Shown: positions 31,615-41,211, counted from the stretch's first letter. The stretch is DNA of 60,347 nucleotides from Solirubrobacterales bacterium (GCA_038234375.1 JBBSUL010000001.1:1-60347); one strand, 5' to 3'. Translations and numbers: made by a program. The notes: generated by a model from the letters alone, not told the origin.

Positions 31615-31848
31615 TCACCGGCGGCGACCGGAGGCCTCGCCGTCGCGCAGGACGCTGTCGCGCTCGTAGTATTCCTCGGGCGTGATGTCGCCGCAGGCCA
31701 GTCGGTCGCGCAGGACGTCGCGTGCCGGGGTGGCGCGCTCGTCGGGTCTCTGTGCGGCTCGCACGGCAACGTAGACGGCCACACCGATGAGCGCGACGAG
31801 CAACAGCAGCCCCGTGAGCATCATCGCGCCCATGCCTCCGGGCATCAT
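31615..31848 (-). CDS. SHOCT-domain small membrane protein
   Basis: Met/Gly N-terminus, TM, L.DRLA.GDI..EEY.ER. Confidence 0.8.
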   Translation of the reverse strand: MMPGGMGAMMLTGLLLLVALIGVAVYVAVRAAQRPDERATPARDVLRDRLACGDITPEEYYERDSVLRDGEASGRRR

Positions 31849-32750
31849 GAGCCGGTGGTGCGGACGGTCCAGCGGACGCCGCCGTCGGTCGAGCGCTTGA
31901 CGGTGCCGTCGGCCAGTCCGGCGTACAGGTCGTCGCCGGTGGCGATGAAGGCGGCCGGCTGCCCGCCGATGGCGCCGCGTCGACGCCAGTTCGCGCCGGA
32001 GTCGGTGCTGACCAGCACGGTGCCCTGCCCGTCCACCAGGTACAGCCGCCGCTTCCGGGGCCAGGCCAGCAGCCCGATCCGGTCGGGGGTGCGCGGGCGC
32101 CACGAGCGGCCGGCGTCTGCGGATGCGGCGATGCCCCCTTCGGTGGACGCGACCACGCGGGAAGGGTTGGTGGGGTCGATGGCCAGTGCGACCGTCGGTG
32201 CCGGCACGGTCCGCTGAGCGAAGGTGGTGCCGGCGTCACGCGAGACCATCAGGCGGCCCTGGGTGCCGTCGAAGCCGTAGACCCTGCGGCCGGAGGACTC
32301 CAGGACGTGGAAGTCGGCCTGGCCGAGCAGCGAGACGTTCTTCCAGGAGGTGCCGCCGTCGCGCGAGCGGATGAGGCCGAGGTGGGGCGGCACGTTCTGA
32401 CCGGGGGCCGGGTGCCCGGAGCCGATGAAGGTCCCGGGCTTCAGCAGCGAGAAGCCCATGATGTCCTGGGTGCTCGTCCCCACTCGGGCGGGGGTGGTGA
32501 CGCCACGATCGGCGGCGAACAGGCCTTGGTGGGTCGCGATGAACAACCGCTCGGTGTCAGGGTCGACCCCGAGGCCGTGGATGTGGTCCAGGGCCTGGGT
32601 GGCGTCGGTCGCGGCCCTCGGAGGCCGCGGGCTGGAGGCCGGTTGGTCGGCGGTGCTGCCGCACGCCCCGAGCGCCGCGGCCGCGGCCACGACGACGCCC
32701 AGCGGGAAGATCCGAAACCGGCGACGGCCCGACTGGCCGGGGAGGATCAC
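31845..32750 (-). CDS. BNR/Asp-box beta-propeller lipoprotein (F510_1955-like)
   Basis: Lipobox LGAC, HIHGLG, ATH.GL, D.MGF, SGHP, repeated S.D.G..W boxes. Confidence 0.85.
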   Translation of the reverse strand: MILPGQSGRRRFRIFPLGVVVAAAAALGACGSTADQPASSPRPPRAATDATQALDHIHGLGVDPDTERLFIATHQGLFAADRGVTTPARVGTSTQDIMGFSLLKPGTFIGSGHPAPGQNVPPHLGLIRSRDGGTSWKNVSLLGQADFHVLESSGRRVYGFDGTQGRLMVSRDAGTTFAQRTVPAPTVALAIDPTNPSRVVASTEGGIAASADAGRSWRPRTPDRIGLLAWPRKRRLYLVDGQGTVLVSTDSGANWRRRGAIGGQPAAFIATGDDLYAGLADGTVKRSTDGGVRWTVRTTGS

Positions 32751-32956
32751 CGCGGCACCGGCCCGGAGTCGGCACGCACGCCCCGGCGCTCGATCTCGGC
32801 GGCCAGTGCCCGCTGGCGCTCGCGCAAACCGTCGATCTCCGACGGCGTGGCAGGCGGGCAGCACGCCGGTCGCCTGCCCCGGCGTGACGCCCAGGCCATG
32901 TGCGCCGGGCACGCCAGGGCGGCCAGGGCCGCCACAACGATCAAGACGGTGCTCAC
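32747..32956 (-). CDS. Small membrane protein, DUF2933-like
   Basis: TM then LACPAHM, CC, coiled-coil tail; GTGA couplings on both sides. Confidence 0.7.
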   Translation of the reverse strand: MSTVLIVVAALAALACPAHMAWASRRGRRPACCPPATPSEIDGLRERQRALAAEIERRGVRADSGPVPR

Positions 32957-33171
32957 GCGCGGCCCGCGGTGGTACGACCCTGCTCACCGTCAAGGCGCTC
33001 GATCTCGCTGCCCAGGCGCTGATGCTCCTCGCGCAACTGCTCGACGCTGGCTCCGACCGCAGGCGCGCTCGGAGCGTCGTTCTGGCGCGTGCCCTTGCCC
33101 ATGAACCACATCATGAGGCCCATGCCCACCGGGCACGCGAGGAAGACGAGGCTGAAGAAGATGCTTTCCAT
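32953..33171 (-). CDS. Small membrane protein, DUF2933-like
   Basis: FLACPVGMGLMMWFM and coiled-coil tail. Confidence 0.75.
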   Translation of the reverse strand: MESIFFSLVFLACPVGMGLMMWFMGKGTRQNDAPSAPAVGASVEQLREEHQRLGSEIERLDGEQGRTTAGRA

Positions 33172-33235
33172 GGTGGGCTCCGATGCTGATGGGTAACTAC
33201 TACTCAGCATAGTACACACGCCGGGCCGGCTCGGC

Positions 33236-34534
33236 TCAGGCGTTCTGTAGGTGGGCGGTGAGCACTGCGCTCACGACCGCGTCCGGGTGGTTGAGCGGCA
33301 CGAGGTGATCGCCGGCGAGCGTCACCAGCGTGACGTCAGGATGCAGGTCGGCCGCGACGTCGTCCGCCGGCGCCTGCTCGTCGTGATCGCTCACCAGCAC
33401 CGTCGTCGGCCTCCGTGGCGCGGCCAGCGCTTTCGGCAGGGGGTTGGCCTCAAGCAGCGTCAACATGGCGTCTCGATAGGAGGGCCAAGAGTGCTCGACG
33501 CTGTCGCGGGCGACCTGCTTAGGCAGGCCACCGGCCAGGCGCGCAGCCGCGGATGCGGCGACCGGCCGCAGCAGGCACATCAGCCCGCAGGCCACCGTGG
33601 CCGCCGTCGAGTCGGCCAGGATCTGCCGCGCCAGCCATCCGCGCTGACCGAGACGCTCCCGGGCGCGAGTGGCATCGTGGAAGACCGGCGGTGACACGAG
33701 GACGAGCGCCCGCGTCCGCTCCGGACGGGCGTCGGCGAACGCGACGGCCACCGCGCAGCCGAACGAGTGGCCGACGGCGACGAGCGGTGGTCCGTCGTCG
33801 CGATCGATCAGCGCCGTCAGCGCGTCCACCTGCTCGGCCAGGCCAAACCGCGTGCCGATCCGTCGTGAGCCTCCGAACCCGAGCAGGTCCGGCGCCAGGC
33901 CGGGGATCCCGGCGTCAGCGAGCTCGGCGGCGACGTCGTGCCAGACCGCGCGCGAGGCACCCAAGCCGTGGAGCAGCAGCACCTGCGCGGGCGACGGTGG
34001 TCCGAACCTCGCCACGGCCAGCGGGATGACGCGAGGATCCGCTTGCGGGTGTCGTAGAGCGGCACCGCCGATCCCGACGCCCGGGGCCAGGCCACAGGCG
34101 ATCTCCGCACGCCGCGCGGCAAGCCAGCCGCGGGCGAGCACGAGGTAGGCCCCGGAGGTCGCCGCGGCCAGCGCCAGCCACGTCGCGGCCCCGCCGGGCA
34201 GACCAAGAGCCGAGGCATGCAGATCGAGCACCACGGACGCCAGCTGCATGCCGGGGACCCATAGGAGCTGGCCCGGTGCCGGGGTGGCGGTGAGGACCAG
34301 CCATCCGGTCAGGAGCGCCGCCGACATGGTGATCGCCGTGAGCAGCGGGGTGGCCGCGTCGGCTCCGGTGTGGGCTGCCCAGGCGATTAGCAGTAGTTCG
34401 GCGGGGAGGAGCAGCGCGAGCTGGCGGGCCAGAGAACCGGGGAGCAAGCGGTCCAGGACATCCGAGCGGTGGCCTCCGGCCGTCCCACGCGTGGGACTGT
34501 GCGGAACGCCGTCATGGCTCTGGGGTCCGCCCAT
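33236..34534 (-). CDS. Alpha/beta hydrolase with N-terminal TM region
   Basis: LLHGLG, PDLLGFG.S, GHSFG, C-terminal DH; start uncertain. Confidence 0.8.
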   Translation of the reverse strand: MGGPQSHDGVPHSPTRGTAGGHRSDVLDRLLPGSLARQLALLLPAELLLIAWAAHTGADAATPLLTAITMSAALLTGWLVLTATPAPGQLLWVPGMQLASVVLDLHASALGLPGGAATWLALAAATSGAYLVLARGWLAARRAEIACGLAPGVGIGGAALRHPQADPRVIPLAVARFGPPSPAQVLLLHGLGASRAVWHDVAAELADAGIPGLAPDLLGFGGSRRIGTRFGLAEQVDALTALIDRDDGPPLVAVGHSFGCAVAVAFADARPERTRALVLVSPPVFHDATRARERLGQRGWLARQILADSTAATVACGLMCLLRPVAASAAARLAGGLPKQVARDSVEHSWPSYRDAMLTLLEANPLPKALAAPRRPTTVLVSDHDEQAPADDVAADLHPDVTLVTLAGDHLVPLNHPDAVVSAVLTAHLQNA

Positions 34535-34700
34535 GACCCCTAACATACGACACGTCGTAGTTGACGGTTCACGGTGAGCGCGATGTGAGCGCGGCGCGCC
34601 CATGACGGTCTCGATGAGCGGGCAGAACCGGCGACGGTCCGGCCTCCGGCGCCAAGCGGTTGACCTCCCAGCCGCTGGAAGTCCTACGGTGGGCCGTGTG

Positions 34701-35495
34701 ATGCAGCGGCGGCGTGACGACCAACCCGAGCCGACGCAGCGCCGCCCGCGACTCGACGGGGACAGCACCGTCGCCGCGCTGCGCGTCGACCGCCTGGACA
34801 AGGTCTACGCCGACGGTACGCGAGCGCTGCACGAGCTGTCGCTGGAGATCCCGGCCGGGTGCTTCTTCGGACTGCTCGGACCCAACGGGTCGGGCAAGAG
34901 CACGCTCATCGGGATGGTCTCGGGGCTCGTGCGAGCCCCCGCCGGGCGCATCTTCGTCTTCGGCCACGATGCCGTCGCCCAGGCGCCGGCCGCGCGCCTG
35001 GCGCTCGGGGTCGCCCCCCAGGACATCCACCTGGACCGCTTCCTGACGGCCGAGGAGGTGCTCGTCTACCACGGGCGCTACTTCGGCCTCTCACGCCGTG
35101 AGGCCGGCCGCCGCGCCGCCGAGCTGCTTGACGTCTTCGCCCTGGCGGGCAAGGCCTCGGCCAAGCCCAACCGGCTGTCGGGTGGCATGCGCCGCCGGCT
35201 GCTCATCGCGCGCGCGCTCGTGCACCGGCCGTCCCTGCTGATCCTCGACGAGCCGACGGCCGGCGTCGACGTCGAGATGCGGCAGGAGCTGTGGACTCAC
35301 CTGCGGGACCTGCGCGAGCACGAGCACACGACGGTGCTGCTGACCACGCACTACCTGGATGAGGCGCGCGAGCTGTGCGACCGCCTGGCCTTCATCCGCG
35401 CGGGGGCGATCATCGCCCACGGCACGGTCACCGAGCTGATCGCGCACTACGGCGGCGACACGCTCCAGGACGCCTACCTGGCGGCGATGCGCTGA
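34701..35495 (+). CDS. ABC-2 exporter ATP-binding protein
   Basis: GPNGSGKS, LSGGMRRR, LDEPTAG, TTHY. Confidence 0.92.
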   Translation: MQRRRDDQPEPTQRRPRLDGDSTVAALRVDRLDKVYADGTRALHELSLEIPAGCFFGLLGPNGSGKSTLIGMVSGLVRAPAGRIFVFGHDAVAQAPAARLALGVAPQDIHLDRFLTAEEVLVYHGRYFGLSRREAGRRAAELLDVFALAGKASAKPNRLSGGMRRRLLIARALVHRPSLLILDEPTAGVDVEMRQELWTHLRDLREHEHTTVLLTTHYLDEARELCDRLAFIRAGAIIAHGTVTELIAHYGGDTLQDAYLAAMR

Positions 35496-36295
35496 TGGCG
35501 CGCAGCAGTGATACCGCGGGGCGTGCGCTGACGCGCGTGCAGCGCCGCGGGATGTGGGCGCTGGCCGGCCGCGAGATGCGTCGCGTGCTGAGCCTGTGGA
35601 CCCAGACGCTGCTGCCTGCGGTGCTGACCGGCGTCATCTTCCTCGCGGTCTTCGGAGGTGCGCTCGGCGACCAGTTGCGCACGGTGGCCGGCGTGGACTA
35701 CCTGCGCTTCGTCCTGCCCGGCCTGCTCGTGATGACGGTGGCCGGCCAGGCGTTCGCCAACAACTCCACCAGCGTCTTCCAGGCCAAGACCGAGGGCTAC
35801 ATCGAGGACGTGCTGACCAGTCCCCTGCAGCCGTGGCAACTGCTCGTGAGCTACATGGCCGGCGGCCTGCTGCGCGGCTGGCTCTCGGCGCTGGTCCTCT
35901 GGCTGCTGGCCTGGCCGTTTGCCGGTGGCGCCGAGCACGTCGCGGTCACGGTGGCTGCGCTGGTGGTGACCGGCCTCATCTTCGCCGTCCTCGGCGTGGT
36001 GACGGGGATGTGGGCCGACACGTTCGACCAGCACGCCTTCGTCGCCAACGTGCTCATCACTCCGCTGGCCCTCGTCGCCGGCGTCTTCTACGCTGTGAGC
36101 CGGCTGGCCGAGCCCTGGCGGACGCTGACGCGCCTTGACCCCGTCTTCTACCTCGTCGACGCGACGCGGCACGGGTACGCCGGGGTGCAGGAGACGTCGC
36201 CTGCCGTCGCGCTCGCGGTCGGCGCCCTGGTCGCCCTCGCCGCGTTCGCCGCCGCGGTCGCCTTGCTGGCGGCGGGCTGGCGCCTGAAGGCGTGA
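35495..36295 (+). CDS. ABC-2 exporter permease (YadH-like)
   Basis: QTLLP, Y..FVLPGL.M, F.N.S.S, GVFY, P.FYLVD. Confidence 0.9.
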   Translation: MARSSDTAGRALTRVQRRGMWALAGREMRRVLSLWTQTLLPAVLTGVIFLAVFGGALGDQLRTVAGVDYLRFVLPGLLVMTVAGQAFANNSTSVFQAKTEGYIEDVLTSPLQPWQLLVSYMAGGLLRGWLSALVLWLLAWPFAGGAEHVAVTVAALVVTGLIFAVLGVVTGMWADTFDQHAFVANVLITPLALVAGVFYAVSRLAEPWRTLTRLDPVFYLVDATRHGYAGVQETSPAVALAVGALVALAAFAAAVALLAAGWRLKA

Positions 36296-36329
36296 GCGCC
36301 AGGCGCGATGCGTGGGCTCGGGCGCGCGC

Positions 36330-36956
36330 TCAGCGGCGGATGCCCGTCGCCGCGGGCGGATCGGGCTTCTCCCGAGCCAGGACGGTGAGCATGTCGCGCT
36401 GCTCGAGGATCGCGCGGGCCATGTCGGCCAGACGCAGGTTGCGCGACCGGGCGGCGCGCTGGATGCGCCGGAACGCCTCGGGTTCGGTGACTCCGAGCGT
36501 CTCGATGAGCATGCCCTTCGCGCGTTCGACGAGCTTGCGGTCGGCGAGCGCGGTGTGGGCGCGGTCGACCTCGGCCTCCAGCGTCGCCATCTCCGCGTGT
36601 CGGGCCGCGCCCAGGCGGATCGCCGCGTCCAGCTGGCGCTCGTCGATCGGCTTGGTCAGATACGCGCTGACGCCGATCTCGATCGAGCGATCCACGAGGG
36701 TGGGGTCCTCAACGCCGGTGATGACGACGATCGGGCGGCGCAGCCCCTCGCGGGCCAGCTGGGCGCCGGCGGCCAGCCCGTCGACGCCGGGCATGTCGAT
36801 GTCGAACAGGTACAGGTCGACCTCCAGCTCGCGGGCCAGGGCGATGGCCTGCGCGCCGTCGGCGGCCGGGCCGAGGGGCTCGTGGCCGAGGTGGCGCAGG
36901 CGCTCGGCGAGGGCCAGGCCGATGATCGGCTCGTCCTCGGCGATCAGGACCCTCAT
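36330..36956 (-). CDS. ANTAR-domain response regulator
   Basis: AEDE, DIDMP, YLTKP receiver; RKLVERAKGML...EAFRRIQ ANTAR. Confidence 0.92.
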   Translation of the reverse strand: MRVLIAEDEPIIGLALAERLRHLGHEPLGPAADGAQAIALARELEVDLYLFDIDMPGVDGLAAGAQLAREGLRRPIVVITGVEDPTLVDRSIEIGVSAYLTKPIDERQLDAAIRLGAARHAEMATLEAEVDRAHTALADRKLVERAKGMLIETLGVTEPEAFRRIQRAARSRNLRLADMARAILEQRDMLTVLAREKPDPPAATGIRR

Positions 36957-38041
36957 GAGGCTGCGGCCGGGTAGCGGACCTCGGCCCAGCCCCCGTCGGG
37001 GCGGCCCTCGAGGGTCAGGGTGCCGTGGAGGCCCTGCTCGGCGACCTGACGCACGAGTTGGAGGCCCAGGCGCGGAGGGTGACCTCCCGGTCCGGAGCCG
37101 GAGTCGGTGACCCGCAGCACGATCTCCTTGCCGCGTCGCAGGTGGACGGCGATCGGCGGACGCCCGTGGCGAGCGGCGTTGGTGATGAGCTCGTTGGCGA
37201 CGATGCCCAGATGCTGGGCGCGGGCGGCGTCCAGGGTGAGCGGGTCGATGTCCAGCGATGGTCTCACGCCGGCGGCCTGGGCGACGGCATCCAGCACCGA
37301 GTGGGCGTCGACGGCATCGTGCCCGCCGGCCAGCAGGCGGTGCACGGCGGCGATCGCCCGGATGCGCTCCGCCGTCTCGTCGAAGCGCCGACCGTCGGGG
37401 CCGTCGGGGCGATTGAGCAGCAGCACGTCGGCGACGATCTGCAGGCTGTTCTTGACGCGGTGATGGGCGTCGGCGACCAGCGCTCGCGTCAGGTGGGAGT
37501 GAGCGTCGGCTTCGGCCCGCGCCGCGGCCTCGCGGGCGGTCAGCCGGGCGAGCACCACCGCCAGCAGCGTGGTGGAGGCCAGCAGCGTCAGGCGCAGGAA
37601 GACATCCCCGGCGGCAAGGGGCGCAAGCACGACGGTCGAGGCAAAGGCCAGGGCGGCCAGCGCCAGCCAAGCGACGCGTCGCCTGGCCTGGTGCACGGTC
37701 GCCAGGAAGGGCGTGATCAGGAACAGCAGCAGGTCCAGGTGCGATGTGGCACCGCCCAGCGCGACGACCAGCGTTGCCAGCGCGAGCAGGCCGCCTGACC
37801 ACAGGTCGAGCATCGCCTGTCCGCGCCCGGCGGTCAGCCATCGCTGCCAGGGGACAACCATGAGCATGGCGTTCGCGGCGGCCGCGACGAGAATGAGGAT
37901 CAGCAGCTCGTCGGGGTGCCGGGCCGGCAGGCCGAGGGTCAGCGCACCCAGCACCGCGGCGACCGATCCCCAGCCCAGCCACCAGCCGGCGCGCAGCGCC
38001 GGAAGACGCACGTCGTGATCGGCGGTGTCGGGCACGGTCAT
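36953..38041 (-). CDS. Membrane sensor histidine kinase (HisKA_2 type)
   Basis: TM N-terminus, HHRVKNSLQ, NELITNAARHG, DSG.G, LGL.LV. Confidence 0.9.
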   Translation of the reverse strand: MTVPDTADHDVRLPALRAGWWLGWGSVAAVLGALTLGLPARHPDELLILILVAAAANAMLMVVPWQRWLTAGRGQAMLDLWSGGLLALATLVVALGGATSHLDLLLFLITPFLATVHQARRRVAWLALAALAFASTVVLAPLAAGDVFLRLTLLASTTLLAVVLARLTAREAAARAEADAHSHLTRALVADAHHRVKNSLQIVADVLLLNRPDGPDGRRFDETAERIRAIAAVHRLLAGGHDAVDAHSVLDAVAQAAGVRPSLDIDPLTLDAARAQHLGIVANELITNAARHGRPPIAVHLRRGKEIVLRVTDSGSGPGGHPPRLGLQLVRQVAEQGLHGTLTLEGRPDGGWAEVRYPAAAS

Positions 38042-38130
38042 CGGGTAAGCTTCGCAGCACGGCGTTCCCGACACGACGCCACCCGAGGTCACGATCGCCT
38101 CCTCACTGTTGCTCTCTTCAGGAGGTCGTC

Positions 38131-38370
38131 GTGCATCACACCGAGTTCGTCCTTCCGGGCCTGGACCTTCACCTTGTCGCCGTCGTGCGGTGGGAGCTGT
38201 TCGTCTTTGGAGACGTGCGCGACGTCCAGCACAGCCCGATCCCGGACACCGTCGTCGTGGTCCATCGTGGCGACGCGTGCCCCACGGCATGGCGAGCGAC
38301 GTTGCTGGCCGTCGGGATCGGGACCCGCCAGCCGGCCCCGGCGGTCGGCGTCACCGAGCAGCAGGCATGA
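38131..38370 (+). CDS. Small hypothetical protein
   Basis: AGGAGG RBS just before GTG; compositionally protein-like (VRWELFVFGDVRDV). Confidence 0.55.
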   Translation: MHHTEFVLPGLDLHLVAVVRWELFVFGDVRDVQHSPIPDTVVVVHRGDACPTAWRATLLAVGIGTRQPAPAVGVTEQQA

Positions 38371-38404
38371 ACCGCACACGAACGGTTCCTCCGGCGAGGT
38401 CCCG

Positions 38405-39487
38405 ATGATGCGGTGGACGACATCCGAGGACCGGCAGCTGGCGAGCATGTACGCCGACGGTCTGCCGCTGGCGGTCATCGCCAAGCGCCTGGGACGCTCG
38501 GAGGACGCGCTCGTGGCGCGTCGATCGGCTCTCGGTATCGCGCCGCGTGGACACCCCCGCGACTGGTCACCTCGCCTGGACGCACTCATCATCGCCAGCG
38601 CCCAGGCCGGCGTGTCCTCCCGCGTGGTGGCTGAGCGCCTGGGACTTTCGGTCCATGCCGTGCGCTGGCGCCGGCGGCAGCTTGCCCCCGGCCGACCCGC
38701 CGCCCGACGCTACGACGCTGCGGAGGACGACGCCCTCCGCAGGCTCGTGGCCGAGAATGGAGGCTTCGAGGACCTGGCCGACCGGCTGGGACGCTCCACC
38801 CAGGCCCTGCGCCTGCGGGCCCGCAAGCTGGGCCTCCTGGAATGCAACCGGCGGTCACGCTGGACCGAGGAGGAGGACCGGCTCCTGCGCGTCTGCTACG
38901 CCACCGGGCTCACGTGCGCCGCCATCGCCGCCGAGCTTCCCCATGACCGCACTGCCGAGGCCGTCGCTGCCCGGGCGCGACGGCTCGGACTGGCCGCCTA
39001 CGCCCGCCAGTGGACGACCGTCGAGGATGAGCGCCTGCGGGTGCTCACCCGCGCCGGGACACCCCTGGAGGACGCGGCCGTGGCGCTGGACCGCACGCCG
39101 GAAGCTCTGCGGCGCCGCGCTCGAAAGCTCGGCCTCCAAGCGTTGAGCGCTCGCGCCCGTGCCGGCAAGGTCCGGCCCTGGAGCGGACGTGAGGACCGGT
39201 TGCTCAGGGCGACTCCCGGCGTCAATCCCGCCGCGCTGGCGGCGGCGCTCGGACGCTCAGACCGCGCTGTCCTGCAGCGCCGGCGAGAGCTCGGGCTGCA
39301 CGAGGGTCGAGAGCGCTCGCCCCACCACCGCCTCGCGGCCAGCGGCCCGTCCACCACGGTGGCGGCACCGCGAGGACGCGAGCTTGCCGCCGACGCTGCC
39401 CGCCGACGTCAGGCGGCTGTCTTCCCATCGTCCACCCGTCCGCCGGCGCACCGTTCGGCGGGCCTTCGAACGGAGCCCCCAAGATGA
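38405..39487 (+). CDS. Protein with six tandem Myb/SANT-like HTH repeats
   Basis: Repeated W(T/S)xxEDxxL...LGR(S/T)xxA(L/V)xxRxxxLG units of ~50 aa. Confidence 0.8.
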   Translation: MMRWTTSEDRQLASMYADGLPLAVIAKRLGRSEDALVARRSALGIAPRGHPRDWSPRLDALIIASAQAGVSSRVVAERLGLSVHAVRWRRRQLAPGRPAARRYDAAEDDALRRLVAENGGFEDLADRLGRSTQALRLRARKLGLLECNRRSRWTEEEDRLLRVCYATGLTCAAIAAELPHDRTAEAVAARARRLGLAAYARQWTTVEDERLRVLTRAGTPLEDAAVALDRTPEALRRRARKLGLQALSARARAGKVRPWSGREDRLLRATPGVNPAALAAALGRSDRAVLQRRRELGLHEGRERSPHHRLAASGPSTTVAAPRGRELAADAARRRQAAVFPSSTRPPAHRSAGLRTEPPR

Positions 39488-39789
39488 ACTCGATCACGTC
39501 CCTGCGGTACATCGCGCTGGCGGAGGCGACCACCTTCGTCGCCCTGCTCATCGCGACATACGTCAAGATCGCGCAGGACAGCAGCGGCGGCGCGAGCGTC
39601 GTGTCCGTGCTCGGCCCCATCCACGGCGTGCTGTTCCTGGCCTACGTCTTCGTGGCGCTGAGCGTTCGTCCGGGCCAGGGCTGGAGTGTGCGCACGACGC
39701 TGCTGATCCTCCTGGCTGCTGTGGTCCCCTTCGGCGGCTACTACGTCGACGGGTGGCTGCGCAGGAACGAGCGGGCTGCGACGTCCTGA
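39484..39789 (+). CDS. DUF3817 family membrane protein
   Basis: R.IA.AE, GPIHG.LF..Y, A.VPFG. Confidence 0.85.
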   Translation: MNSITSLRYIALAEATTFVALLIATYVKIAQDSSGGASVVSVLGPIHGVLFLAYVFVALSVRPGQGWSVRTTLLILLAAVVPFGGYYVDGWLRRNERAATS

Positions 39790-39915
39790 AGGTCGGCATC
39801 GAAGGCAACGGCGGCAGCTGCGCAGCCGCCGGATGCCCTGTGCTCGCCCACGACTGGGTGTCGGTCCCGAAGATGCCACACCGTCCGCGGGGACGTCGTC
39901 GAGCGGACCCGTCGG

Positions 39916-41082
39916 TCAAAGGGTCTTGGACTTCGACGGGGACTTGGAGAAGTACTTCGGCGAGACCTTCGGCGTGTACCCCTTGTAGGAGAAGACCCGC
40001 GTCATGCCGACCGGGGCGCCGTTGTACCCGGAGGCCATCCCGTTGGCGGTGTGGTGGGGGAAGTGGCAGTGGAAGACCCAGTTGCCGGGGTTGTCGGCGC
40101 GGAACTCCAACTCGTAGAAGTCACCCGGGTTGACCGTCTGCGTCGTCTCGCGGACCGGCGGGATCGCGTGGCCGTTCTTGGAGACCGCGATGATGTCGTG
40201 GCCGTGCAGGTGCATGGCGTGCGTCTCCTGCGAGGCGTTGTAGACGCGGATGCGGACGAGGTCGCCCTTCTTGATCTCGATGGGCCCGCCGGAGGCGTCC
40301 CCGGTCTTGCCGTTGATCGTGTCGTAGGGGAACTTGCCGCCGGGGCCGACACCGAAGGGCTTGACGAGCTGGTTGTTCTTCTTGAAGCCCCAGATCTGCA
40401 GGGTCATGTTGACGTCGACGTCGGCCTTGACCGACTGGTGCTCTTCCTTTGGCAGGACGTCGATCATCCCGCTCAATCCACGCTGGTCCTGCACGGCGGT
40501 CTGGAAGTGGGAGTGGTAGGCGAACGAGCCGATGTGGCCGGGGGCGACCTCGTAGGTCTTCTCGCCGCCGACGGGGATCGGCTTGGGCTGGCTGATGCCG
40601 GCCACGCCGTCCTGGTCGTTGGGCTGGTGCAGGCCGTGCAGATGGATCGTCGTCGGCTCGGGCAGGTTGTTGCTGACCTTGATGCGCATCTTCTCGCCCG
40701 CGTAGGCGATGAGGGTCGGACCGGGGGACGAGCCGTTGTAGCCCCACACCTTCGCGCGCTGCTGCGGGAAGTTGGCGATCTTCTGGGTCATCTGCGTGGC
40801 GTTGAGCGTGTAGGTGCGCACGTTGCCCTGCTTGACGCCCATTTCCGTCTTGACCGACGGGGTGTCGGGGACCGTCGGCTTGACCATCGGCCCGCTGCCG
40901 GTGTTCTCGTACTCGACGCCGACGCCCCCGATCTTCGCCTGCTCGGGGGCGGCAGCGGCGGGTGTCCCCTCGGCAGCGGCGGTGGTCTGGCCGGAGGAGC
41001 TGTCTGAGCCGCAGGCCGACAGCGGCAGCGCGAGCGCGACCAGTGCGGGCAGCGCGGCGTGACGGAGGGTGAGGCGGGGCAT
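39916..41082 (-). CDS. Two-domain multicopper oxidase, lipoprotein
   Basis: Lipobox LSAC; IHLHG, YHSH, HAMHLHGH, HCHFPHH...GM. Confidence 0.92.
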   Translation of the reverse strand: MPRLTLRHAALPALVALALPLSACGSDSSSGQTTAAAEGTPAAAAPEQAKIGGVGVEYENTGSGPMVKPTVPDTPSVKTEMGVKQGNVRTYTLNATQMTQKIANFPQQRAKVWGYNGSSPGPTLIAYAGEKMRIKVSNNLPEPTTIHLHGLHQPNDQDGVAGISQPKPIPVGGEKTYEVAPGHIGSFAYHSHFQTAVQDQRGLSGMIDVLPKEEHQSVKADVDVNMTLQIWGFKKNNQLVKPFGVGPGGKFPYDTINGKTGDASGGPIEIKKGDLVRIRVYNASQETHAMHLHGHDIIAVSKNGHAIPPVRETTQTVNPGDFYELEFRADNPGNWVFHCHFPHHTANGMASGYNGAPVGMTRVFSYKGYTPKVSPKYFSKSPSKSKTL

Positions 41083-41194
41083 CTGGGGACTCCGAACGTT
41101 GTCAGTGGCGGGACGCGCACCGCTCGCGGTGCGCCGTGTGAAACTCTGACCTGGCGTAGGAGCCGTCAAACGCGAGTCGGCGCCCCGCCGCTCA

Positions 41195-41211
41195 ATACCC
41201 CCATGGGGTGT
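41195..41211. promoter_or_regulatory. CsoR-type operator
   Basis: ATACCCCCATGGGGTGT, same 17-bp pattern as the boxes at copZ/csoR. Confidence 0.65.

Noticed and set aside
38089-38592. Minus-strand 167-aa ORF upstream of the kinase
   Set aside because: The plus-strand ORFs here have a strong RBS and a recognisable repeat structure, so they are preferred.
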